This document shows positions 14,933 through 23,895 of a stretch of 53,846 bases of DNA, piece after piece. Positions within the stretch are counted from its first letter, which is position 1. Each line of letters opens with the position of its first letter. This DNA comes from a virus (lineage: Duplodnaviria; Caudoviricetes). The stretch covers positions 1 through 53,846 of the IMG/VR virus record IMGVR_UViG_3300025112_000016; one strand, given 5' to 3'. A program made the position numbers and the translations under genes. The notes below the pieces were generated by a model that saw only the letters and a program-made list of their open reading frames with translations, searched no databases and was not told the DNA's origin.

Positions 14933-16672
14933 ATGCCTGAAAACGTAGCAATCAAATGCGAACTGTGTGAAGGGGATGTCCCAGCCGGTGAAGAAATTCA
15001 CAGCACTTCAAAATATGAAGCCATCTGTGATATGTGCTATACTTCGATGTGGAGCTGTGATTATTGTAATGAATTAAAGCCTGACGATGCAGAGTGCTGG
15101 GAAGATATTGGCCGGAATAACGTTTGTCAAGGTTGCTATGAAGATAATAGCTTCTGTGATTGCTATGGATGTTCGCTGCTAATAAATACAGACCAACACG
15201 AGTATTTCGAAGCAAATGGAGACACGTGCTGTGATGGTTGTGCAGATAGCGTTGAAATGGACCAGTGCTGTAATTGTGGAACCGATGTTTATTTCAATGA
15301 AGTTTACAGCGACTGTTGGCAAGATTCTAGCCAATGTTATGATTGCTATAATACCTCAGAAGAGCACATATCAAGTAGAGTAACAACCGCTATCGACAAA
15401 GCAGATGTTACACTCGCTGACCATTATGTGTTAATGCGAGCAGCTAAAGCCAAACTAGCACAAAAATACCAGAGAGAGCTGTATTATTTTATGGACTGGT
15501 ATTATCGAGGCGATGCTGCACATTATAGTAACACTGATTTGTATTTAATCAAATCAGATAGAGGATTTGGAGCAGGATTTGGATTTCACGAGAGCGAAAT
15601 AAAAATAGCATCTCAGACCTTCCGCACATTTGCAGATTATCTCAAGGATATGATGCAGCGGGACCTGTTTATTGTAGAGCATAAGAAGTATGGGCTGTAT
15701 CACCCACTGCGTGACATTTTTAAGAGCTGTATTACCTATTATAATCGCTCAAAAGGCGGTCAAGTGCTAGGAAGTGACCTTCCATTAGAGCAGGTAGGTA
15801 AAAATTGGCTCGGTTGGTCGATAGAACAAATCAATGTGAATGCTGTGGTGCAGATGTTACAGATAAATAAGACCGATGATGGAGCAGATTTGAAGCGTGC
15901 TTTAACTACTGTGTTCAGTCGCTCGTATAAGAATAGAATACCAGCACAATATCCAGATGATTCACCGTTTATGATTACGCTGGGCAAATATAGAACCAAT
16001 GCTACTTGCACTACGCTACCTATAAAGATTGGATTCGACCCAATGCTGTTTCAACAGGTAGCAGAATTTAATGGTGCTGTAGGCAGTTGTCAATGTAAAA
16101 GCAATGCAGACAGTTACGGTCACGGATTTATGGACTTAGCAACTAATCCACATCTTTGGCTGTTAATTTATGATACTAGCGGTGAAAGACTGATAGGACG
16201 CTCGGTTCTTAAGTTTATGAAACCAGCAGATGACTGGGCAGATAAGCAAACCACGACCTACATAGCACCATCCAGGATTTATCTAAGCGATTATACCCAA
16301 GCAAAGGCAGAAGTATATGCTGCGGCATTTAGAGCAATAGATGATTGGGCAAAAAGCGTTTTTAAAGATTATAAGCTGGTAGGACACACCTATTCCCGGC
16401 ACGATACACCAACGCTGGACTATCTAAAGGGAGCACCCAATATTAAATTTAACGAATCAGAAAAAGCACTGTATACACAGTGGTGGATTCCATTTTGGCT
16501 GGATAAACCCTCCAGTGATGAAGCTAATTTCACATATTATCAAGATGAAGATGCCCGAGCACAAGTTACACACGCTCAGGGCAATGATTTAGGAGCAGAT
16601 TATGCTGCTCGGGAATATTTAAGAGCGAGCGCCTACAGGCTAGTGGAGGTAACACAAACAAATGAGCAATGA
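14933..16672 (+). CDS. Multi-Zn-finger protein with an uncharacterised C-terminal domain (GSCQ...IGRS...SRIY)
   Basis: Eight CxxC pairs in the first ~140 aa. Start MPENVA follows the leader. Confidence 0.75.
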   Translation: MPENVAIKCELCEGDVPAGEEIHSTSKYEAICDMCYTSMWSCDYCNELKPDDAECWEDIGRNNVCQGCYEDNSFCDCYGCSLLINTDQHEYFEANGDTCCDGCADSVEMDQCCNCGTDVYFNEVYSDCWQDSSQCYDCYNTSEEHISSRVTTAIDKADVTLADHYVLMRAAKAKLAQKYQRELYYFMDWYYRGDAAHYSNTDLYLIKSDRGFGAGFGFHESEIKIASQTFRTFADYLKDMMQRDLFIVEHKKYGLYHPLRDIFKSCITYYNRSKGGQVLGSDLPLEQVGKNWLGWSIEQINVNAVVQMLQINKTDDGADLKRALTTVFSRSYKNRIPAQYPDDSPFMITLGKYRTNATCTTLPIKIGFDPMLFQQVAEFNGAVGSCQCKSNADSYGHGFMDLATNPHLWLLIYDTSGERLIGRSVLKFMKPADDWADKQTTTYIAPSRIYLSDYTQAKAEVYAAAFRAIDDWAKSVFKDYKLVGHTYSRHDTPTLDYLKGAPNIKFNESEKALYTQWWIPFWLDKPSSDEANFTYYQDEDARAQVTHAQGNDLGADYAAREYLRASAYRLVEVTQTNEQ

Positions 16673-18086
16673 AGAAGAAAAGCTAGACGCAAACGCAGCG
16701 ATACTACCAGTCACTTCACCAGGTAAAGCACTTGCAAAGGTGGTTACAGCAGTGAAGGACAAAAAGGTAGCAGATGAGGAAAAAGAGCCAACAGTGATAC
16801 TCGAGCAAAGTCTTTTGACAAAAGTAGAAAAGAAAGTAGCAATAAATGACATAAAACTGCTGCGGGAAATGTTCTCAATCTATTCGCCATCGGGAGACGA
16901 GCACGCAATGGTAGCATATATTAGCAATTACCTCACAAGCAATGATATAGAGCACCAAATTGACTCTGCTGGAAACATATACTTTAAAAATCGTGTTGAA
17001 GGCAGCGATAGAATCATAATGAATGCTCATATGGACACCGTAGCAAATGCTGTGGCCGATGTGGGCGTTTACAAAAAAGATAGCGATATTATATTTAAGA
17101 GCAAAAACAATCAAGTGATTGGAGGTGACGATAAGTGTGGAGTATTTGCTGTCCTTAAGACGATTATGGACAGCGATATAAATGTTCCGCTAACAGGACT
17201 CCTGACAGTAGCTGAAGAATCAGGCTGTAATGGAGTGCGTCACGCTATGTCCAATCATATGGATTACTTTGCTGATTGTATCTTCTGGATTACAGTGGAT
17301 AGAAGAGGCAACAGCGAAATTATTACTGAAAACAGTGATTATCAACTTTGCTCTGATAAGGTAAAGGATATGCTAGTCGAATTAGGAGCAGATGATGGGT
17401 GGAAATCCGCAGCAGGGTCTATATCTGATGTGAGTGATGGCGTCGTAGCATTACAAATCAATGGAATCAATTTAGCAGCAGGTTATTACAACGCTCATAT
17501 GGGTAGCGAATATGTTTCGCTCAGTGATTTGAAGCGTTCTGTAGATTTCCTCAAGCAAACATTGATACCAAAGATGCATACCCATCTCAGCAATCACAAA
17601 GATGACATTACTTGGGAACCAACCAAAGCATATACAGCGTGGCGCAGCACTGCTTATGGTGGCATCCGCTATTATGGAGTAGATGATTACAGCTCTTATG
17701 ATGATAACTACACAAGTAAGAATGCTGTTACAGATTGGGATAGGCTGGGAAAAGTAGAAGATGCTCTATCCACAGTGCTGGAAGATATTGAAGCAATGGA
17801 AGGATATATTATGCTGGAAGAACTACTTGACAGCCCTACGGACTTAAGCAGTAGCGGAAAGTCCATTCGCTTGATGGGAGCCCATAAAAACTATGAACAG
17901 GAACTAGCATATATATGCCGTCACTTGGATGTTAGCATTGATGGAGACGATGCGCTAATTCTAATCGAATCAATTGAAAACTACGTCTTTTATGCTCACA
18001 CTGATAACAGCCATAGTAAGAAAAACGATGAATCACCACAGCATAATGCAGAGGGTGATGTGGTGGGCGACAACGGCTGGTATTAA
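16662..18086 (+). CDS. M20/M28-family Zn metallopeptidase
   Basis: SPSGDE, DSAGN, NAHMDTV, GGDDKCG, AEESG, VDRRG, SISD and YYNAH metal-ligand motifs. Confidence 0.9.
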   Translation: MSNEEEKLDANAAILPVTSPGKALAKVVTAVKDKKVADEEKEPTVILEQSLLTKVEKKVAINDIKLLREMFSIYSPSGDEHAMVAYISNYLTSNDIEHQIDSAGNIYFKNRVEGSDRIIMNAHMDTVANAVADVGVYKKDSDIIFKSKNNQVIGGDDKCGVFAVLKTIMDSDINVPLTGLLTVAEESGCNGVRHAMSNHMDYFADCIFWITVDRRGNSEIITENSDYQLCSDKVKDMLVELGADDGWKSAAGSISDVSDGVVALQINGINLAAGYYNAHMGSEYVSLSDLKRSVDFLKQTLIPKMHTHLSNHKDDITWEPTKAYTAWRSTAYGGIRYYGVDDYSSYDDNYTSKNAVTDWDRLGKVEDALSTVLEDIEAMEGYIMLEELLDSPTDLSSSGKSIRLMGAHKNYEQELAYICRHLDVSIDGDDALILIESIENYVFYAHTDNSHSKKNDESPQHNAEGDVVGDNGWY

Positions 18087-18197
18087 ATGAGCGAAGATGA
18101 TATATATATGAAGCAAAATGAATGTCCCTGCTGCAGTAAACAGCTAACAATGGGCTGCTGTATAGAATGTGGAGAGTGCTATGACCCAGAACCGTAA
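18087..18197 (+). CDS. 36-aa Cys-rich microprotein
   Basis: MSEDDIYMKQNECPCCSKQLTMGCCIECGECYDPEP. Confidence 0.5.
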   Translation: MSEDDIYMKQNECPCCSKQLTMGCCIECGECYDPEP

Positions 18198-18567
18198 AGA
18201 TAATGCTGGATTTGGAAAGAAGGAAGAGCAGGTAGGGAAACCTAAAGGAGCAAGCTACACATATCAGTGTCCTGACTGTGATGCTGAGAATTCATTGAGA
18301 CGCTATGGTGACGATAAAACGCAGCCAGTCCTGAATAAAATAGCAGGACTTAAGGGAGACGAAGCACTATTCTATAAATGTGCAGCTTGTCACGGAGAAT
18401 TCTTCGATGATGAGATAGTGCTCCATCCCTATAAGACTGGAGTGTTTACTAACGAAAAAGGAGAGCAGAAATATGTTCCATACACTAAAAATTTTATGCT
18501 AAAACGTAAGCGAAAGAAAGCATTGTCTTACCAGGATAGAAAATTGCTAAGGAGGTTGAAAAAGTAA
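18181..18567 (+). CDS. Zn-ribbon protein with a basic C-terminus
   Basis: CPDC...CAAC. GGAG SD before ATG 18181. Confidence 0.7.
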   Translation: MTQNRKDNAGFGKKEEQVGKPKGASYTYQCPDCDAENSLRRYGDDKTQPVLNKIAGLKGDEALFYKCAACHGEFFDDEIVLHPYKTGVFTNEKGEQKYVPYTKNFMLKRKRKKALSYQDRKLLRRLKK

Positions 18568-18575
18568 AGCGGATA

Positions 18576-18798
18576 GGTAGAGAGTTATGGACACAGGAGC
18601 TCAGGAAGATATGCTGGGGTGGTATCCAGCGGTCGTTTTGTTTGCATTACGACACTCCTATTCCCCTGAGTTGCTATGATTTCTATACAGTGCTGGCAAG
18701 GCGTAAACTAACGCCTCGGCACACCAGCTGTCTTGCGTCCACGGGTTCGCTCTGTTCCCGTAAAAAGACGGCTAGTTTGGGGCCATTGGCTCTCTACC
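18576..18798 (+). ncRNA. Putative ~225-nt pseudoknotted ncRNA
   Basis: Closing stem GGTAGAGAGTTATGG/CCATTGGCTCTCTACC. Internal helices AGCTCAGG/CCTGAGTT, GCTGG/CCAGC, GTCGT/ACGAC, GTGCTG/CGGCAC, AGGCGT/ACGCCT, AGCTGTCTT/AAGACGGCT and ACGGG/CCCGT. Loop AAACTA pairs with TAGTTT. Confidence 0.7.
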
Positions 18799-18821
18799 CC
18801 GTAAATTACAATAGCAGGATT

Positions 18822-18899
18822 CCTCTCGTAGTGTAGTCCGGTCCATCATCCAGCCTTCTTGGGGCTGGGACACTGGTTCAAATCCAGTCGAGAGGGCCA
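18822..18899 (+). tRNA. tRNA with anticodon CUU (nominally Lys), atypical body, encoded CCA
   Basis: CCTCTCG/CGAGAGG acceptor, GTGT..TCAT D arm, CAGCC-TTCTTGG-GGCTG anticodon arm, ACTGG-TTCAAAT-CCAGT T arm, G73, CCA. Confidence 0.88.
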
Positions 18900-18921
18900 C
18901 CTGCTTCAATAAAGATTAACA

Positions 18922-19788
18922 ATGGAAATAATAGTATTTAACGCTGGCGCAAATAGTTTATTTGGAGCGGGTCGAATTGCTGATGATATCAAAGAACAGT
19001 GGACAAACGCCCACGTTACATCAAGCGAAGACGGAGAGCCAATGCTAACACCCAATTTCTGGGCTATGCTGTATTGGAGAGATAACCACCCTGTTGTTTT
19101 TAGAACAGTGGGTCGGTATGATGCTAGTAAGAGAGGTGATTTGACGGTTGCTTTGAATGGCGTGTTAAAGCTATGTGAAGAAGGAAGCATTACAGGAGAT
19201 GTAGTGCTGTATCGTTCTACCTGTAATAGGTTCCACATAGCAGAAAAATATCCCATATCAAATAACGGAACTTATGCTATCTTTACTGGAATGCCTGCTT
19301 GGATTCTATCAGCGAATCCAACTTGGAGAGAGCACGACGAGGAGGATGGCTGGATGTATGACCCTGATTATGATAAGTTTCAGAGTCAATTCCCAGCCTT
19401 TCAACAACTCCAACCTCCCCAAATAGCCGCTGGATTTGGTTCACGGAGTAGAGCTCGAAGATTACACCCAGCAAATTTACAAAGATATAACGCTCAAGTA
19501 GAGCAACTCAATTTAAGAATAGCATATATATGGGGAATGCTAACAGTTAACGAGCGTAATGGTCTCTTTGAGCAATTTCAATGGGAGACTATTATGGAAA
19601 CATTCACAGAACCTCAACGAGCAGGATTATTACTGTGGAAAGAAGGAAAGGTGAGGTTGTGGTGGAATTGGGCTGCAGGAATGCCCAATGTCAGCCATTG
19701 GATGGGCGTAACTCCAAGAGCTTCAGATTTTGAAGGAGCTGGATTAAGAATAGATGATAGCGGGAGGTTCGTAGAAGCAAATGATTAA
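18922..19788 (+). CDS. Hypothetical protein; N-terminal half resembles an inactive class II glutamine amidotransferase
   Basis: MEIIVF / PNFWAMLYW..VVFR / LYRST / YPI / FTG follow the spacing of MC.I / N.DG.G / HxRxAT / HPF / HNG. Confidence 0.5.
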   Translation: MEIIVFNAGANSLFGAGRIADDIKEQWTNAHVTSSEDGEPMLTPNFWAMLYWRDNHPVVFRTVGRYDASKRGDLTVALNGVLKLCEEGSITGDVVLYRSTCNRFHIAEKYPISNNGTYAIFTGMPAWILSANPTWREHDEEDGWMYDPDYDKFQSQFPAFQQLQPPQIAAGFGSRSRARRLHPANLQRYNAQVEQLNLRIAYIWGMLTVNERNGLFEQFQWETIMETFTEPQRAGLLLWKEGKVRLWWNWAAGMPNVSHWMGVTPRASDFEGAGLRIDDSGRFVEAND

Positions 19789-19892
19789 ATATAGCCCCCC
19801 TATAACTTTAAAGGTAGAGAGTAGTTTAAAGCGATTAAACGTCCTAGGCAGCGATTTTTCCTACTGCTCTCTGCCACCTGAGAGGTATAAGT

Positions 19893-20243
19893 ATGGATAA
19901 AAGCAAAAAAATGATGGAGCGTCTTTGGGCAGAAATGCTGGCCGATTTCTTTGGCAACGATATGTTCTTTGACGCTATGGAAGAGAGACTTGCTCAAAGG
20001 ACTCTCCCTGATGAGCGAACAAAACCCCTCTTCAAGCAATTTCACTCCAAAGAGAGAATTGTGGGTGAAGCATTGACCCCTGTGGGTGCAAGCAGTTTCA
20101 GTATAGCACCGATTCTGTATGATGAAACGAAAATAAACCCTGCTGAAGATGAAGAAGACAAAGCACACAGGAAAGAAATGCATAAGAAAATGGAAGAAAT
20201 GAGCGAAGAGGAGATAAATGAGCACAAAGAAGAAAAAGACTAA
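19893..20243 (+). CDS. Hypothetical acidic protein
   Basis: GAGGT SD. TATA-like ACTTTAAAG near 19805. Confidence 0.7.
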   Translation: MDKSKKMMERLWAEMLADFFGNDMFFDAMEERLAQRTLPDERTKPLFKQFHSKERIVGEALTPVGASSFSIAPILYDETKINPAEDEEDKAHRKEMHKKMEEMSEEEINEHKEEKD

Positions 20244-20409
20244 AGAAGAAATGCTAGATTATATTTGTCAAACTGACAAAAAGCTGAATGATGATGAGGA
20301 GCTAATCAATCAGATTGAATACGGATTATATGCTATAATGGCTGATGCCAATATGTTAATGAGAATGCTAGATAAACTCAGAGCGCAGAACAGGGAGAAC
20401 GATAAATGA
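20218..20409 (+). CDS. Hypothetical helical protein
   Basis: GAGGAG SD and overlapping operon arrangement. Confidence 0.6.
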   Translation: MSTKKKKTKEEMLDYICQTDKKLNDDEELINQIEYGLYAIMADANMLMRMLDKLRAQNRENDK

Positions 20410-20606
20410 GCTGTATAGGATGTGGAGCGTATTGGGATGAAGATTGCAATTGTGGACCGGTTCATCGCTGTGGTGGATGTATGAATTACGAAGAAGATTG
20501 TGCTTGTGTGTGTGAAAATTGTGGGCTATGTCCTACATATCATAGCAACCGAAGGAAATGCGTGGACCCTCACGCTTGTATGAAAGCATTGGCGGTAGCA
20601 GTATGA
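20406..20606 (+). CDS. Metallothionein-like protein (13 Cys in 66 aa)
   Basis: Internal repeat CIGCGAYWDEDCNC / CGGCMNYEEDCAC. Confidence 0.6.
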   Translation: MSCIGCGAYWDEDCNCGPVHRCGGCMNYEEDCACVCENCGLCPTYHSNRRKCVDPHACMKALAVAV

Positions 20607-20752
20607 GAAGAAGGCATTTGAGAGGTGAAGGTCCTAAAACGCTATGTGGACACACAATGACTGTGCAGGAGAGAAGGCACGTGCATAAGAACACAATACA
20701 CAATATTACCTGTAAAAATTGTATGAAACGCTGGGTCAACAGAGAACTATGA
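20603..20752 (+). CDS. H...TLCG...CxxC Zn-finger microprotein
   Basis: MRRRHLRGEGPKTLCG...ITCKNC, with ATGA overlap. Confidence 0.55.
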   Translation: MRRRHLRGEGPKTLCGHTMTVQERRHVHKNTIHNITCKNCMKRWVNREL

Positions 20753-20925
20753 GCGGATTCCTAAAAGAAGCTGCCACTAAGTCTACCCTTTCCAGGAGAT
20801 GCTTTCTTTGTCATAAGAAGCTAATTGACCATATGCAGGTTTATTGCGAGCAGTGTTTGTGGAAACATCACGGAAGTAGAAATTGGTATGCTAAAGATAA
20901 ATATGAAGATGGTAGCAAAAAATGA
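20749..20925 (+). CDS. Zn-finger microprotein
   Basis: CFLC...CEQC, with ATGA overlap. Confidence 0.55.
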   Translation: MSGFLKEAATKSTLSRRCFLCHKKLIDHMQVYCEQCLWKHHGSRNWYAKDKYEDGSKK

Positions 20926-21125
20926 GTAGAATAACAGATGGCTATGAGAATGGAGACCTCAGCAGTATCGGACCATCCAAGAATAAAGGTGGTTACGACA
21001 AATGGAACTGGTGCTCTAAATGCACGAGCATTTGGGACAAAATCCATTGGAGATGCCGACAGTGTGGAAATAAACTGAGAGCCAAAGGGCGCTATGCAAG
21101 CAGACGAGAGAGAGAAAGTAGATGA
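20922..21125 (+). CDS. Zn-ribbon protein, paralog of 23067-23297
   Basis: YENG..GP..YD.WNWCxxC..RCxxC..LR.K.R. Confidence 0.7.
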   Translation: MSRITDGYENGDLSSIGPSKNKGGYDKWNWCSKCTSIWDKIHWRCRQCGNKLRAKGRYASRRERESR

Positions 21126-21856
21126 CAAAAAAGAGAGTAACTAAAGAGCCCTACGAAGGGTATACGCTGCCTAAGTGTGCTGAGAAAGGTCAGTCATTTA
21201 TAGACTTTAATCAAGTGCTAAAGGAAATAATACCCAAGCGAAGAATAATAAAGAAAAAGCGGAGAAAAAATGAAAACTAAGCAAAAAATCGTAAGTTACT
21301 GCAAAGAAAAATGCACAGGAAAGAATATGGAATGTCCAGCGTGTAAAACGCTGAGAGATATGTTCACATTTAAGCTATGAAAGAGAAAAAGTGCATACTA
21401 TGTGGAGAAATAGCTACTCCCTACGGTGGATTAATGAAGATAGCAGGTGATGTGGTGCATATGGAATGTGCGCTACGTTGGACTAGAGAAAAAAGCGGAT
21501 TACGATATATCAAGAAACCAATGAAGCAGTGGAGTAGTTATAATGATGATGAATAAGTGGAGCGACATAGGAGAGTTAAGTCCAGAGGATTTGGAGCTCA
21601 TCGAGATTGCTAATGCTGTCAATGAGAAACTTGACCCTTACTATATGCTATCTTTAGTTAAAGTGGGTAATGAGGAAATGGTTAATCAATGAGCTGGACC
21701 GAGATTTTAAATACTTGCAGTGGTTGGGATTATATGAACGGTGTAGGATTATTCCGCTGTGGAGAATGTGGTGCTATCAATTATCGTGGTAAACTATGTT
21801 ACGACTGCTGGGCAGAATTTTGTAATACCGATACAATAAAGGAAATGATAGAATGA
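21122..21856 (+). other. Run of five overlapping micro-ORFs (21122-21280, 21270-21380, 21377-21556, 21543-21692, 21689-21856)
   Basis: Hand translation, e.g. MKEKKCILCGE..GGLMKIAGDVVHMECA and FRCGECGAINYRGKLCYDC. Start/stop overlaps throughout. Confidence 0.55.
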
Positions 21857-22158
21857 AAATTAAACGAGAACTTAAGTATGCTACTTTTGAGTATGACGAA
21901 GATGAGAAAACTATATTGATTGAGACACGAACCACCAGCGATGCGTTTAAGAATATAGCTAGTGCAAGTGGTGAGTTTGACTTACCGCGCCCTATCAATG
22001 GACGTATTAAATTAAATAAAGTGTATAGTTTTGCATTGCTAAGATTTGTTATAAGAATCGCTCAGAGAAATTGGTTCAGGAAAGTAAAGAAAGCAATAAA
22101 CAACGACTTAGAGTGTGACGAAGATGGACACGAAGATATTAAAGCGTTTAATTCGTAA
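21853..22158 (+). CDS. Hypothetical protein
   Basis: 101-aa ORF with ATGA overlap. Confidence 0.6.
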   Translation: MKIKRELKYATFEYDEDEKTILIETRTTSDAFKNIASASGEFDLPRPINGRIKLNKVYSFALLRFVIRIAQRNWFRKVKKAINNDLECDEDGHEDIKAFNS

Positions 22159-22490
22159 GAAATACGGAAAGTATAGACCAAACGCTGCGGAGATACTTAA
22201 AATAATAGAAGATAATAACCTACGCCCCAAGCGAAGGAGGAAAAAGAAATGAAAAGAAATAAAGCAGATATGAATGGAATGACAGCATTGGAAAGATTGA
22301 ATTATCTTTCAGCAATCACAGGACTAATGTGTTTGAGAGATTACAGAGATTGGGAAGAAACACTATGCCCGTGCCCGGAGTGTAAATGAAGTGCTTAGAT
22401 TGTGGAATGAACTACCTTGGAATGAAGAAGGCCAACAAATACAACTGTCCCCGATGTAGTGTTAAAGATAGGGATAGCGGAGAAGTATAG
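22124..22490 (+). other. Three micro-ORFs (basic 22124-22252; CPCPEC 22249-22389; CLDC..CPRC 22386-22490)
   Basis: Hand translation, with ATGA overlaps. Confidence 0.5.
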
Positions 22491-22491
22491 T

Positions 22492-22686
22492 ATGACCCGT
22501 AATTGTCCGAAATGTAAACAAACAGCCAAATTAGATAAGGGTGATTTAAAGATGGATATATTACAGCACTACTATTGTGGTGATTGTATGATATGGACAG
22601 AAGATAGACATACTAGCATTTGGACTGACGGAGTAGATGAATTTAAAAGCAATGGGAGAAAGCACCATACGAGGTTGTGTAGATGA
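22492..22686 (+). CDS. Zn-ribbon microprotein
   Basis: MTRNCPKC...YCGDC. Confidence 0.55.
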   Translation: MTRNCPKCKQTAKLDKGDLKMDILQHYYCGDCMIWTEDRHTSIWTDGVDEFKSNGRKHHTRLCR

Positions 22687-22886
22687 AAACCTACAAAGTT
22701 AAGCTGCACGAAGAGGACGTAGAGCGTCTGTGTATGCTGAAGATGGAAATGCAGCAAGATGATGGTAATGATGACGCTGATATGATATGTGATATATTCC
22801 AGCAAATTGAGAATCAGCGATTTGAGGAGTTGTCTCACAAATGGAAAAAAATGGAAAGCACAAATCCAGAATACAGGTTAGAATAA
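22683..22886 (+). CDS. Hypothetical protein
   Basis: 67-aa ORF with ATGA overlap. Confidence 0.55.
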   Translation: MKTYKVKLHEEDVERLCMLKMEMQQDDGNDDADMICDIFQQIENQRFEELSHKWKKMESTNPEYRLE

Positions 22887-23074
22887 TGGTAATGAATGAA
22901 GAGCAGGTGAGAGACCAATGCGTTTTACTCGCTGAAGAATGTTATAGGTTATGGAGCGAGATTGAGAGATTGAAAAAGGTAACTCAACACCAAGCAGATG
23001 AAATTTGTAAATTAGAATGGAGTGCTGCTATGGAGAGAAGAACTGCAAAGGCGGTGAAGCTGATAAATGAATAA
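22886..23074 (+). CDS. Coiled-coil hypothetical protein
   Basis: MVMNEEQVRDQC..., with TAATG coupling. Confidence 0.55.
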   Translation: MVMNEEQVRDQCVLLAEECYRLWSEIERLKKVTQHQADEICKLEWSAAMERRTAKAVKLINE

Positions 23075-23297
23075 GACATACGAGAATGGAATGATATGCG
23101 AATGTGGTCCCCCAATGAGAGCCGGAGCTTATGATAACTGGAACTGGTGTGCTCCCTGTAGACGCATTTATGATAAAGACCATAAACGATGTCCTCGCTG
23201 CAATCAAAGTTTACGCTGGAAATCCAGGGGAAATAGCAAATGGGGACGAGACAAGCGAACGGGCCAATGGAGCCCAACAAAAAAGGTAATAATATGA
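23067..23297 (+). CDS. Zn-ribbon protein, paralog of 20922-21125
   Basis: YENG..GP..YDNWNWCAPC..RCPRC..LRWKSR. Confidence 0.7.
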   Translation: MNKTYENGMICECGPPMRAGAYDNWNWCAPCRRIYDKDHKRCPRCNQSLRWKSRGNSKWGRDKRTGQWSPTKKVII

Positions 23298-23662
23298 GTA
23301 AACACGAAAGACTGGAAGAAGAAATAAGACGGCTAGAATTCGAAGCAGAAGTATTGAAAGACTGTGTATGCAATCTCTTCGAATTGAATAATGGAGAATA
23401 TAGTTTAAGCGATATGGATGGAGCACTAGAATATTGGAGACAGTATTTTGAAACCTGCGGTATTGGAGATGCTATCCATCGGGAAGAATCCCAGCCGTGG
23501 AGAAAGAAGAAAGAGCAGATAGAACTGATACAGGGTGATGAATATAAGAAATACTGGACTTGTAAAGTATGTGGTAAAGATACGTCCAAAGTAGATTATG
23601 ATTACTTGGTAGCACATAACTTGCATTTAGAGTGCGTATTAAAGAAGGAGATGAAGAAATGA
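23294..23662 (+). CDS. Hypothetical protein with a C-terminal CxxC..HxxC finger
   Basis: Start MSKHER after AAGGT. CKVC...HLEC. Confidence 0.6.
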   Translation: MSKHERLEEEIRRLEFEAEVLKDCVCNLFELNNGEYSLSDMDGALEYWRQYFETCGIGDAIHREESQPWRKKKEQIELIQGDEYKKYWTCKVCGKDTSKVDYDYLVAHNLHLECVLKKEMKK

Positions 23663-23895
23663 GCGCAATAAATGTAACAATCCGAATACCTACAGAACCT
23701 GAGTTTTGGCTGTTTTTGGCAGGACTCCTTATGTTTTGTATGTGGCTGGTGATGAATGACTAATTATTTTACTGACAAAGCTAAACAAGAATATGAGAAA
23801 CGCAAAAAGAGAGATATGACTTCTGCGGACTGGTGTATGCTCGTAAGCCTCTTTATAATCATCTGGATATTGATGATACTGAGGTATTGGAATAA

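Noticed and set aside
18576-18798. RNase P or SRP RNA
   Set aside because: AGGAAG and AAAAGACGGCT only loosely echo CR-I and CR-V and cannot form P4. There is no SRP helix-8 motif.
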